19,830 nucleotides of DNA from Candidatus Saccharimonadota bacterium (lineage in GTDB: Bacteria; Pseudomonadota; Gammaproteobacteria; Enterobacterales; Enterobacteriaceae). Under the pieces are notes generated by a model. That model was given only the letters and a program-made list of their open reading frames with translations, had not been told where the DNA came from and searched no databases. The DNA lies in NCBI RefSeq assembly GCF_012571345.1, contig NZ_CP046218.1:12581-32410 (forward strand), in the 5' to 3' direction. A program made the position numbers and the translations under genes. Shown here piece after piece: positions 1-8,977 of the stretch (its first letter is position 1; the number at the start of each line of letters is the position of its first letter).

Positions 1-917
1 ATTATATAACTACATATATTAAAAATATTAATAATTATTTGCTATTTAATAAACTTAATATACGTGACATAGCAAATATATAAATAATTTCATTATATTA
101 ATAATAAATAATGTTTATATAAATTAAGTTTATTATGTTAATGTTATTAATATATAAATTATATAAATATAAAAAACATTCTTAAAAATTTACTATTGTT
201 TATTATAAATATGTCTAATATTAATTTCTAAATATTTATTAATATATAACAGTTTAATAAATAAAGAATATTAATTAATTTATTACTTTAAAAATATGTA
301 TATTCCCTTAAGAATTTTATAAAATTTTTATTATTTATTAATTAATCAATAATGTAGTATGTATATTACTAGTAATAATATGAATTAATAAATATTTATA
401 TATTTAGTTTGCAAATATATAAATAATATTTATGTTTCATTTTAAATAAATAATCTCATTATATAATATAAGTAATTTTATATTCAATTTAATAAATTAA
501 TATTTATACTAATGATTGATATGATAGTTTCAAATAAACTGCTCAGCTAAAATGTTATTGAAATTTTTTATTGTTAATAACATTAAATACATTTTATTAA
601 TAGATTATTTAAAATAATATATAACTACGATAATGTTTTTAGATATGTAATAATATATATTATATTCAATAACTAAATTTAATTATGAATAAATATATAA
701 ATTATATGAAGTAATTTTGTTGTTATTAAAATGATACTAGTTTGCTAATAATTATTTATAGTATGTATTACATCCTGCATCTTATGTAATAAAAATATAA
801 TCTTTATATATTCATTCACTATACTATTTGAATTACTAACATATTAATTTACAATTACAAATATACTTAGATAAATATAATTTATTTAAATATAATAAAA
901 CATATCTGTATTACTAC
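1..917. other. ORF-free, extremely AT-rich non-coding spacer, open at the left edge of the window
   Basis: No ORF of 60 aa or more on either strand in the supplied track. Reading the plus-strand ATGs by hand gives at most about 22 codons before a stop. Very few G/C positions, for example 5 in the first 60 nt. It lies downstream of the minus-strand Val-Lys tRNA pair. Confidence 0.6.
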
Positions 918-990
918 TGGGTCGTACAGGATTTGAACCTGTGACCAATTGATTAAAAGTCAACTGCTCTACCAACTGAGCTAACGACCC
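918..990 (-). tRNA. lysV: tRNA-Lys, anticodon UUU
   Basis: The reverse complement reads GGGTCGTTAGCTCAGTTGGTAGAGCAGTTGACTTTTAATCAATTGGTCACAGGTTCAAATCCTGTACGACCCA. This is nearly identical to E. coli tRNA-Lys(UUU), with anticodon loop CT-TTT-AA and a GGTTCAAATCC T-arm. The 3' flank is GTA, so CCA is not encoded. Confidence 0.95.
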
Positions 991-1010
991 TAATGTATTA
1001 TTCTATACTA

Positions 1011-1083
1011 TGGGTGATGACGGACTCGAACCGCCGACAACCTCCTTGTAAGGGAGGGACTCTACCAACTGAGCTAATCACCC
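1011..1083 (-). tRNA. valU: tRNA-Val, anticodon UAC
   Basis: The reverse complement reads GGGTGATTAGCTCAGTTGGTAGAGTCCCTCCCTTACAAGGAGGTTGTCGGCGGTTCGAGTCCGTCATCACCCA. It has a CCTCC / CTTACAA / GGAGG anticodon arm and closely resembles E. coli tRNA-Val(UAC). The 3' flank is TAG, so CCA is not encoded. The Val-then-Lys order, divergent from gltX, mirrors E. coli valU..lysV / gltX. Confidence 0.95.
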
Positions 1084-1212
1084 TAAAAATCATAATACCT
1101 TATGCTATCTTTATTTATATAAATAAGTCAATATATTTTTAATAAAAAATTTAAAAAATATTTTATTACATATATAATACATTATATCTTTTATAATAAT
1201 ATATATAATATA

Positions 1213-2616
1213 ATGAAAATTAGAACTCGTTTCGCACCAAGTCCAAGTGGTTATTTACATATAGGCAATATTCGTACTGCATTATATTCTTGGTTATTTG
1301 CAAAAAAAAATCATGGTAATTTTATTTTACGTATTGAAGATACAGATAAAATAAAAGTTAAAGAACATTATATTCAAAACATCATATCAAGTTTAACATG
1401 GTTAAATATTAATTGGGATGAAGGACCTTATTTACAGAGTGAAAATTTAGATAAATATCATAGTATTATTAATAATATGATACAACAAGGAATAGCCTAT
1501 AAATGTTATTGCACAAAACAAATATTAAAAAAAGATAAAGAACAACAAAAAAAATTAGGTATGAAAACAAAATATAATGGTAGATGTCGTAATATCAATA
1601 AAACATATGATCATATACCATATGTCGTTAGATTTCGTACTCCTACAACAGGTTATGTAAAATTTAAAGATATAATAAGAGGTAATATTATTATTAATAA
1701 TATTGAGCTAGATGATTTTATTATACAACGTACTGATAAAACACCAACATATAATTTTTGTGTAGCAATAGATGATCTAGATATGTGTATTACACATGTA
1801 ATTAGAGGTGAAGAACATATTAATAATACTCCTAAACAAATTAATATTATTAAATCTTTAAAAAGAACAATACCATACTATGCGCATGTTTCTATTATTA
1901 CTAATCAATATGGTGAAAAAATTTCTAAGAAAAATCATGATACTAATATTCTACAATATAAAAAAGATGGTTATTTACCCCAAGCATTATTAAATTATAT
2001 TTTAAAGTTAGGATGGTCATATGGTGATCAAGAAATTTTTTCTATGTCAGAAATGAAGAAATTATTTTGTTTAAGCAATTTAAATAAATCACCAAGTATT
2101 TTTAATATTAATAAATTAAATTGGTTTAATAAATATTATCTTAATCATTTATCAAAAGATTATATAGTTCCTTACTTGAGTAATTTTTGTAAAAATAAAC
2201 ATTTTAATATAAATACAGGACCAAAAATTATTGATATTTATCATCATTTTGTTAATCGATGTAATACTTTAAAAGAAATTAATAATTTATGTTGTATTTT
2301 TTATACTAATCCTAATTATCAAAATGTTCTATGTGCAAATTTGATAAATATAAAAAATAAAAAATTTATTACACAATTATTAATTATTATACAGTCAATA
2401 AATCCATGGACTATAAATAATATTAATTTAATTATTAAAACAACTGCACAACAACTAGATAAAAAATTTGCAGATATAGCCATGACGTTACGTATATTAT
2501 TGACAGGATTAAATTATAGCCCCCCTATTAATAGTATTATATATCTAATGGGGAAAAATAAAGTTATACAACACATTCAAAATGTCATAAATATGATAAA
2601 TAAACAAAATAAATAG
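1213..2616 (+). CDS. gltX: Glutamate--tRNA ligase (glutamyl-tRNA synthetase)
   Basis: 467-aa ORF that is colinear with E. coli GluRS (471 aa). It carries the HIGH-type motif SPSGYLHIGN and KISKK at the KMSKS position. The CYC-x24-C block falls at the same residue numbers (98/100/125), and the conserved DGYLPQALLNYILKLGWSYGDQEIF stretch is present. Confidence 0.96.
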   Translation: MKIRTRFAPSPSGYLHIGNIRTALYSWLFAKKNHGNFILRIEDTDKIKVKEHYIQNIISSLTWLNINWDEGPYLQSENLDKYHSIINNMIQQGIAYKCYCTKQILKKDKEQQKKLGMKTKYNGRCRNINKTYDHIPYVVRFRTPTTGYVKFKDIIRGNIIINNIELDDFIIQRTDKTPTYNFCVAIDDLDMCITHVIRGEEHINNTPKQINIIKSLKRTIPYYAHVSIITNQYGEKISKKNHDTNILQYKKDGYLPQALLNYILKLGWSYGDQEIFSMSEMKKLFCLSNLNKSPSIFNINKLNWFNKYYLNHLSKDYIVPYLSNFCKNKHFNINTGPKIIDIYHHFVNRCNTLKEINNLCCIFYTNPNYQNVLCANLINIKNKKFITQLLIIIQSINPWTINNINLIIKTTAQQLDKKFADIAMTLRILLTGLNYSPPINSIIYLMGKNKVIQHIQNVINMINKQNK

Positions 2617-2679
2617 ATATTTATACATATTAATGTAATATAGAATTATATTATGTATTATTTACAATTATTATTGTAA

Positions 2680-2997
2680 TTAGTTACGTAATCTGGGATT
2701 AATTAATTGCTTCTTGATAGAAGCAGATAATTCATCTAATATAGAATGTTCTTTATATTCAGGTATAGGTTCCCCTATTAATTGTATTTCTGATAAATAT
2801 GTATGTATAGGATTACCTGCATCATCCTCCATGACAACATGATACCAAGGTTTATTACGTAATGTTATACTATCTGACATTTCATCAATTTTGAGATCAT
2901 TTAAAGAATAAATAGGATCAACATCAACTACGACTCCCAGAAAACCTAATAATTTATGTCTTACTTGTTGACCAATACCAAATTTACTGGTAATCAT
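2680..2997 (-). CDS. hspQ: Heat-shock protein HspQ (YccV family, hemimethylated-DNA-binding domain)
   Basis: 105-aa ORF, the same length as E. coli HspQ and alignable end to end ([25 protein letters not shown]...[10 protein letters not shown]...NPRLRN). A strong Shine-Dalgarno AAGGAG (plus-strand ctcctt, 3008-3013) sits 10 nt upstream of the ATG. Confidence 0.9.
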   Translation of the reverse strand: MITSKFGIGQQVRHKLLGFLGVVVDVDPIYSLNDLKIDEMSDSITLRNKPWYHVVMEDDAGNPIHTYLSEIQLIGEPIPEYKEHSILDELSASIKKQLINPRLRN

Positions 2998-3141
2998 TAT
3001 TAAGTAACTCCTTAATGATAAAATTTATAGTGTTATTACATTGTAAAATATGCAAAAACAAAAATTATAATTTATTATAATAAAGTTTTTTAGTTTAATA
3101 AATAAATTTTTATATAAAATTTTATTTAATGGATAATCATA

Positions 3142-4212
3142 ATGTCAAGACCAATTACTGCAATTATTAATACTAAAAATTTAAAAAATAACTTAAATAT
3201 CATACGTAAAATTATTTATCCATCAAAAATCTGGTTTGTATTAAAAGATAATGCTTATGGTCATGGTATTACTAACATTTGTAAATTTTTAATGCATGCA
3301 GATGGTATTGCTGTATTAACTTTAGACGAAGCAATTTTATTGCGTCATGAAAATTTTAATAATCCAATCTTATTATTAGAAGGATTTTTCCATATTAATG
3401 ATTTAAAGATAATTTATCAATATAATTTAACCATGGTAATACATAATAAATGGCAATTAAATTTATTAATGCAATATCCTCCTATATATCCAATAGTAAT
3501 ATATATTAAAATCAATACTAGTATGAATAGATTAGGTTTTAACATTCATAATGTTAATGAAATTATTAGTATAATGAAAAAACATATTCATATTAAACAA
3601 ATTGTATGTATGGCACATTTTGCTGATACTTCAAAAAATGCTCATGCTTTTTTATATGAAATAAAACTAATTAATCAAATTTTAAATAATAATTATTTAC
3701 GATCTTTTGCTAATTCTGCAGCTATATTATGGCATCGTAATATATATTACGATTGGGTTCGTTCAGGAATTTTATTATATGGTGCATCACCTACAAACTC
3801 TTGGGAAGATATTAGTAAATTTAATTTTAAACCAGTAACTACATTACGTAGTAAAATTATTGGAATACAAACATTATATCCTGGAACAACAGTAGGTTAT
3901 AATCATCAATATTATACAAATATAAAAAGACAAATAGGTATTATAGCTTGTGGGTATGGTGATGGATATCCTAAGACTATTTCTTCGGAAACAAATATTT
4001 ACATAAATGGCCAAAAAACACATATACTAGGTAACGTTACTATGGATATGATGGCTATTGATTTAATCAACACACCACATGCAACTATAGGTAGTAATGT
4101 AGAGCTATGGGGTGAACATATCAAAATTGATGATGTTGCTACTTCAGCAAAAACAATTAACTATGAATTAATGTGTTCATTATCCATAAGAGTACCTAGA
4201 ATAATAAAATAA
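3142..4212 (+). CDS. alr: Alanine racemase (PLP-dependent)
   Basis: 356-aa ORF with the PLP-lysine motif VLKDNAYGHG and the GYGDGYP and VTMDMMAIDL blocks typical of Alr/DadX. I cannot separate alr from dadX by eye. Confidence 0.88.
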   Translation: MSRPITAIINTKNLKNNLNIIRKIIYPSKIWFVLKDNAYGHGITNICKFLMHADGIAVLTLDEAILLRHENFNNPILLLEGFFHINDLKIIYQYNLTMVIHNKWQLNLLMQYPPIYPIVIYIKINTSMNRLGFNIHNVNEIISIMKKHIHIKQIVCMAHFADTSKNAHAFLYEIKLINQILNNNYLRSFANSAAILWHRNIYYDWVRSGILLYGASPTNSWEDISKFNFKPVTTLRSKIIGIQTLYPGTTVGYNHQYYTNIKRQIGIIACGYGDGYPKTISSETNIYINGQKTHILGNVTMDMMAIDLINTPHATIGSNVELWGEHIKIDDVATSAKTINYELMCSLSIRVPRIIK

Positions 4213-4221
4213 TATTATTTT

Positions 4222-5850
4222 TTAAAATTTTAAGATATGATTTATATTTTTTATCTTTATACGTTGAAATAAAATAAAAAATTTATTGATTTGATGATTT
4301 ATTAATGGACGAGAAAGTTTTTGAAAACATAATGTATCTCTTAAAAATATTTCTGTTTTATACGATAAATTAGGCACAATAGGTTTTAAATAAATCATAA
4401 TAACACGAAACATATTAATAGCTAAAGAACAAACATTATGTGTGATATCAGGTTTATTTTTAATTGTTAACCAAGGTTTATGTGTATCAATATAACTATT
4501 AGCAATATCTGTTAAAATAATTATCATATTAATAACATGACTAAATTGTCTATTAGTATAATAGTCATGTATAATTTTTGCTTTATTAATAAATTCTAAG
4601 TAAATATCTAAATTAATATTTAGAGATAAGTTATTATGAAAATATGTATTAATAAAATATGCTGTGCGAGAAGCAATATTAACAATTTTATTAACAAGAT
4701 CTGAATTAATTTTATATGTAATATCATGTAAATTAAAATCTATATCATTAATATTATCTGATAATTTAGAAGCAAAATAATAACGTAAACTATCTGCATT
4801 AACATAATTTAACAATTCTAATGCTGTAATAAATGTTTTTTTTGATTTTGACATTTTCATGCCATTTGATGTCACATGACCATGTACAAAAATTTTAGTA
4901 GGTTTGCGGAAAAAACTACCTTCTAAAATAGCTGGCCAAAATAAACTATGAAAATAAACTATGTCTTTGCCAATAAAATGATATAGTTCTGTTTTTGTAT
5001 CTGTTTTCCACCATTCATAAAAACATATATGTTTATTTAAATCACAAAAATCTTTAAAAGTACTAATATAACCAATAGGAGCATCTAACCATACATAAAA
5101 AAATTTATTAATATCATCTAATATATTAAAACCAAAATATGGTTTATCTCTTGTAATATCCCATAATTTTAAACCCGCATGAAACCATTCTAATACTTTA
5201 TTTTTAATATTATTATCTAATACACCTGATGATATCCAAGATAATAACATTTTGTAAAAACAGGGTAAATTAAAAAAATAATGTTCAGATTGTTTAACAA
5301 TCGGAACTGTATTAGATAATATTGATATAGGATCTATTAAATGTATAGAAGTATAACGTCCACATTGTTCACAATAATCGCCATACTGTTTTGTAGTTTT
5401 ACAATGTGGACATGTTCCTTGTACCAGTCTATCTGGTAAAAACATATTACATTGTTTATCAAATAATTGTTTAACTGTTTTTTTTAAAATATATTTTTGT
5501 TTTTTTAAACGTTTAAAAATTAATTGTACAAAAAAGTAATTTTTATTACTATGAGTAGTATAATAATGATCATAACTAATATAAAATTTTTTAAAAATAT
5601 CAATATGTTGCTGATATGTTTTTTGTATCATTTTTTCAGGTGTTACATTTAATTCTTGAGCTTTTAACATAATTGGTGTGCCATGAGCATCATCTGCACA
5701 TATAAAATACACTTCGTTCCCTATCATGCGATTATATCGTACCCAAATATCAGCTTGTATATGTTCCAACATATGTCCAAGATGTATGGGACCATTAGCA
5801 TATGGTAATGCACAAGTAACCAGCATTTTTTTAAGTTTAATTTTTTTCAT
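4222..5850 (-). CDS. metG: Methionine--tRNA ligase, short form lacking the C-terminal tRNA-binding/dimerisation domain
   Basis: 542-aa ORF with HIGH motif PIHLGHMLEH, KMSKS present (GMKMSKSKKTF), and the zinc knuckle CPHCKTTKQYGDYCEQCG. It ends about 135 aa before the E. coli MetG C-terminus (677 aa). Confidence 0.95.
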   Translation of the reverse strand: MKKIKLKKMLVTCALPYANGPIHLGHMLEHIQADIWVRYNRMIGNEVYFICADDAHGTPIMLKAQELNVTPEKMIQKTYQQHIDIFKKFYISYDHYYTTHSNKNYFFVQLIFKRLKKQKYILKKTVKQLFDKQCNMFLPDRLVQGTCPHCKTTKQYGDYCEQCGRYTSIHLIDPISILSNTVPIVKQSEHYFFNLPCFYKMLLSWISSGVLDNNIKNKVLEWFHAGLKLWDITRDKPYFGFNILDDINKFFYVWLDAPIGYISTFKDFCDLNKHICFYEWWKTDTKTELYHFIGKDIVYFHSLFWPAILEGSFFRKPTKIFVHGHVTSNGMKMSKSKKTFITALELLNYVNADSLRYYFASKLSDNINDIDFNLHDITYKINSDLVNKIVNIASRTAYFINTYFHNNLSLNINLDIYLEFINKAKIIHDYYTNRQFSHVINMIIILTDIANSYIDTHKPWLTIKNKPDITHNVCSLAINMFRVIMIYLKPIVPNLSYKTEIFLRDTLCFQKLSRPLINHQINKFFILFQRIKIKNINHILKF

Positions 5851-5868
5851 AAATAATATTACTCTAAG

Positions 5869-6411
5869 TTATCTTTTAGATAAAAAATTTATCATAAAAT
5901 GTATTATATGATGATTATTATGAGGATATAATAAATATAAAGAACATATAAAATATATATAGCAAAAAAAATTTTCTGTAAATAGTTTTTTTTTTATAAT
6001 CGGTATTCGAAAACGTTGTTTTAAAGGCCATAATAATAATACTCCAGAAGGAGTTAACATATCAGCACAAATATGACTACAATAACCAATGATAATACCT
6101 AATTTGATAGGAATAATTAAAAGAGTAATATTAGTAGATATTATTTTAATAATTAATATTATGCTATATATGGCGCCAATACTATGTGTAAATCCTCTAT
6201 GACAAAATATTTTAGCACATAGATAGGAAATATATTTAAATTTATTTCCTATAATAGATTTAGGATGATCAATATCTGGTAATAAACATGTTATTAAAGA
6301 TATAGGTATAAAACACCACCAATCATCATGATGCATAATTTTAGAAAAAATAAAATGTTGTATTAAAATACTACTAGAAAGTGTAAAAAAAATATGTCCT
6401 TTAGCTGTCAT
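5869..6411 (-). CDS. ydjM: Inner-membrane protein YdjM (DUF457 putative membrane-bound metal-dependent hydrolase)
   Basis: 180-aa hydrophobic ORF that aligns to E. coli YdjM. Shared blocks are the MTAKGH start, LLPDIDHPKS, HRGFTHS, and SHICADMLTPSGVLLLWP...RFRIPI. Confidence 0.8.
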   Translation of the reverse strand: MTAKGHIFFTLSSSILIQHFIFSKIMHHDDWWCFIPISLITCLLPDIDHPKSIIGNKFKYISYLCAKIFCHRGFTHSIGAIYSIILIIKIISTNITLLIIPIKLGIIIGYCSHICADMLTPSGVLLLWPLKQRFRIPIIKKKLFTENFFCYIYFICSLYLLYPHNNHHIIHFMINFLSKR

Positions 6412-6426
6412 AAAATTATGTTGTTC

Positions 6427-8370
6427 TTAATAAATAATTTGTGCAATAATATTATTATTAATATCAATATTTTGTAACATTACTTTAACTTGATCTGTAA
6501 CTTTATATAATAATTTATTATTTACAAAAACCATACCTTGTTCTGGAATAATATTAATTATATCTAATGCATTATTAATGATACTATTTTTAGGAATAAG
6601 TACATATATGCCATTTACTATTAATCTAACTCTTAATCCAATATATAAAATATCTATGATTTCTGATAAAAAAATTTGTTTTTTATTAATAATATTTTTA
6701 CAATATTCTATACATAAAAAGTTTGTAATTTTATTTTCTACTTGTTTATGTATGTATTTTTTATAATTCATATGATGAATAATTTGTTTAGATGGTTTTT
6801 CTATATTTTTTTTTTGTATAATAGCTTTAATAAGTCTATGATTAATTACATCACCAAATTTTCTTAATGGCGAAGTCCATGTAGCATATTTATATACACC
6901 TAACCCAAAATGCGGTCCTGGATAAATATTAAAAAATGTATGTGTTTGATATTTTCTTAGACGATTTATAACATAATATAAATTATGTTTTTTTAAATAA
7001 GAATATATATGTTGGTAGCCTTGTAATGTATTTAATTGAGATGGACGATAATTAATATGATGCGTATTTAATAATGTTGTTATTTTTTGTAATTTATTAC
7101 AATTAAATCCATAATATATATTATATATGCCATAACCTAAATGTTGATATAAAATTTCTGCCGCACATATATTAGCAATAATCATGATTGTTTCAACCAT
7201 TTTATGTGCGATTCTTTTTGTGACTACATGAATATCAATTATATTACCAGCACAATTTATTATTAATTTATATTCAGGATTATTAAAAAAAATTATATTT
7301 TTATTGTGCCATGGTAAACGATATAAATAAATTTTATATAATAAATTTATTTGTTGTTCGACATCTAGATTTTGAGGTATCCATGATCCTATATTTTCTA
7401 ACCAATTAGAAACATTCACATAATTTAATTGTGCTTTAGATTGTATTAAACCCATAAAAAATTCTGTTTTATCTAATAAAATCTTACCTTTATCATTAAT
7501 AATAATTTTACATATTAAAGCAGAACGAACTTGCATGGGTAGTAAAGAACATATATTTTCTGATATGTATTTAGGAAATAATGGAATATTAAAACCCGGA
7601 AAATAATTTGTAAACATACGTTCTAAAGCAATCATATCAATATTACTATCTTGTATAAAAAAGGCAGTAGGATCTGCAATGGCAACATATACTTGTAATT
7701 GTTTATTAGACATTTCTTTAATATATATAGCATCATCTATCTCTTTTGTATCACTATTATCAATAGTAATAAAACATAATTTAGTTAAATCTTGACGTAA
7801 TATATGATTATCAATAATATCTATATTATCACATAAACTATTATGTGGAGGATGGATATTAATATTATATTGCGATAATATATGCCATAAAGATAAAGAA
7901 TATTTTTTTTGTTCGGGTAAATATTCTAAAATTTTTGCTCGGAAAATATTATCTTTGCCTAAAAGAGGATGATGAATTAATTTAGCTATTACTATATTAG
8001 TAGTACATAATACCTCCTGATATTGTTTATCTATTACACATTCAATTTTATATTGATATAAATTAGGATTATCTGGAATAATAAATATTTGGTTCTGATA
8101 TTGTTTAAGTTTACCTATAAAAATCTCTATAACAGATTTTAATAATTTTATTGGCATAACTTCTAATTGTTGTTTTTCTTTTAATATACAAGATAAAATA
8201 TAATCTCCATGCATAATTTTTTTTAAAAATATTATAGGAATTTTATATATTTTCCCATCTTTTGATTCTAAAAAAATATTATTTTTTATGATTTTTACTA
8301 TACCTTTTATATAACAAACAGGTTGTATTTTTTTTTTAAGTTGTAACAATATTTTATTATGTCGTAACAT
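6427..8370 (-). CDS. rnb: Exoribonuclease II (RNase II)
   Basis: 647-aa ORF against 644 aa in E. coli RNase II. Conserved blocks include the catalytic acidic cluster DTKEIDDAIY, VAIADPTAF, FTNYFPGFNIPLFP, IANICAA, GPHFGLG..YATWTSPLRKFGDVINHRLIKA, and a C-terminal S1-like segment. The length fits RNase II, not RNase R. Confidence 0.93.
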   Translation of the reverse strand: MLRHNKILLQLKKKIQPVCYIKGIVKIIKNNIFLESKDGKIYKIPIIFLKKIMHGDYILSCILKEKQQLEVMPIKLLKSVIEIFIGKLKQYQNQIFIIPDNPNLYQYKIECVIDKQYQEVLCTTNIVIAKLIHHPLLGKDNIFRAKILEYLPEQKKYSLSLWHILSQYNINIHPPHNSLCDNIDIIDNHILRQDLTKLCFITIDNSDTKEIDDAIYIKEMSNKQLQVYVAIADPTAFFIQDSNIDMIALERMFTNYFPGFNIPLFPKYISENICSLLPMQVRSALICKIIINDKGKILLDKTEFFMGLIQSKAQLNYVNVSNWLENIGSWIPQNLDVEQQINLLYKIYLYRLPWHNKNIIFFNNPEYKLIINCAGNIIDIHVVTKRIAHKMVETIMIIANICAAEILYQHLGYGIYNIYYGFNCNKLQKITTLLNTHHINYRPSQLNTLQGYQHIYSYLKKHNLYYVINRLRKYQTHTFFNIYPGPHFGLGVYKYATWTSPLRKFGDVINHRLIKAIIQKKNIEKPSKQIIHHMNYKKYIHKQVENKITNFLCIEYCKNIINKKQIFLSEIIDILYIGLRVRLIVNGIYVLIPKNSIINNALDIINIIPEQGMVFVNNKLLYKVTDQVKVMLQNIDINNNIIAQIIY

Positions 8371-8412
8371 TATTTTTCAGTAAATATTATATATATTTAA
8401 AATTGTATTTTA

Positions 8413-8934
8413 TTAGAATGGTATATCATCTTCAAAATTAATAGCATTATCTATATTTTTATTAACATCTATATCATTATCATTATTGTTTTTTACTTCT
8501 ATGTTATTTTCTTGATTCTTCCATGCTTTATCCTGTGTTTTATCAACATTATTATGTTTATCTACAACATCATCTTTTATACGGAAATTATTTAATACTT
8601 GTAAAGTTCCACCTATACTCACAATAATTTCAGTTATATAACTATCTTGACCGTTTTGTTTTTGCCATTTACGTGTTTGTAAGTATCCTTCTATATATAT
8701 TTGTGTTCCTTTTTTAACATATTCATTTGCAATTTCAGCAATTTTACCAAAAACTACTATTCTGTGCCATTCTGTTTTAACTCTATTTTCTCCTGTATTT
8801 TTATCTTTCCAAACATCAGAAGTAGCTAAAATAATATTGACAACTGGATTACCATTAGGCATGTAACGTATTTCAGGATTTTTACCTACATTACCTATTA
8901 AAATAACTTTATTAACACCTCGTTTACTTGCCAT
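8413..8934 (-). CDS. ssb: Single-stranded DNA-binding protein
   Basis: 173-aa ORF. The N-terminal OB fold [28 protein letters not shown]...[16 protein letters not shown] is close to E. coli SSB. An Asn/Asp/Lys-rich linker follows, and the conserved acidic tip is DDIPF. Confidence 0.95.
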   Translation of the reverse strand: MASKRGVNKVILIGNVGKNPEIRYMPNGNPVVNIILATSDVWKDKNTGENRVKTEWHRIVVFGKIAEIANEYVKKGTQIYIEGYLQTRKWQKQNGQDSYITEIIVSIGGTLQVLNNFRIKDDVVDKHNNVDKTQDKAWKNQENNIEVKNNNDNDIDVNKNIDNAINFEDDIPF

Positions 8935-8977
8935 TGTGTTATGCCTTATATATATAAAATAGATGAAATTTTGAAAT

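Noticed and set aside
116-143. dif-like element: ttatgttaatg (133-143) matches 9 of 11 positions of the XerD arm TTATGTTAAAT
   Set aside because: By hand, the corresponding XerC arm (116-126, tatataaatta) matches GGTGCGCATAA at only about 4 of 11 positions. A 9/11 match to an all-A/T-rich half-site is expected by chance in this composition.
72-427. Exact 17-mer gcaaatatataaataat repeated at 72-88 and 411-427, plus an 11-mer tatataactac at 3-13 and 618-628
   Set aside because: By rough hand estimate, the 17-mer is only marginally unexpected within the 917-bp spacer, and several such matches are expected across a 20-kb window at this composition. There is no extended flanking similarity, so I cannot support a repeat family or mobile-element ends.
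1-917. Replication origin (oriC) in the long spacer
   Set aside because: I found no TTATCCACA/TGTGGATAA-like DnaA boxes; there is no caca or tgtg at all in the region by eye. The flanking genes are not the usual oriC neighbours. AT-richness alone is uninformative in this genome, and only a whole-genome skew analysis could revive the idea.
2636-2653. Hairpin taatata-gaat-tatatta in the convergent gltX/hspQ spacer
   Set aside because: The 7-bp stem is all A:T and has no flanking T-tract. It is indistinguishable from background.
5726-5911. 61-aa plus-strand ORF spanning the metG start and the ydjM stop
   Set aside because: It lies antisense to the best-conserved part of metG (the HIGH region) and to ydjM. 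The peptide is low-complexity and Cys/Ile-rich with no recognisable motif or SD. This is a typical shadow ORF opposite a real gene.
6578-6766. 62-aa plus-strand ORF inside rnb
   Set aside because: It lies entirely antisense to the conserved RNase II coding sequence. The Ile/Leu/Phe-rich sequence is what the complement of an AT-rich gene is expected to give.
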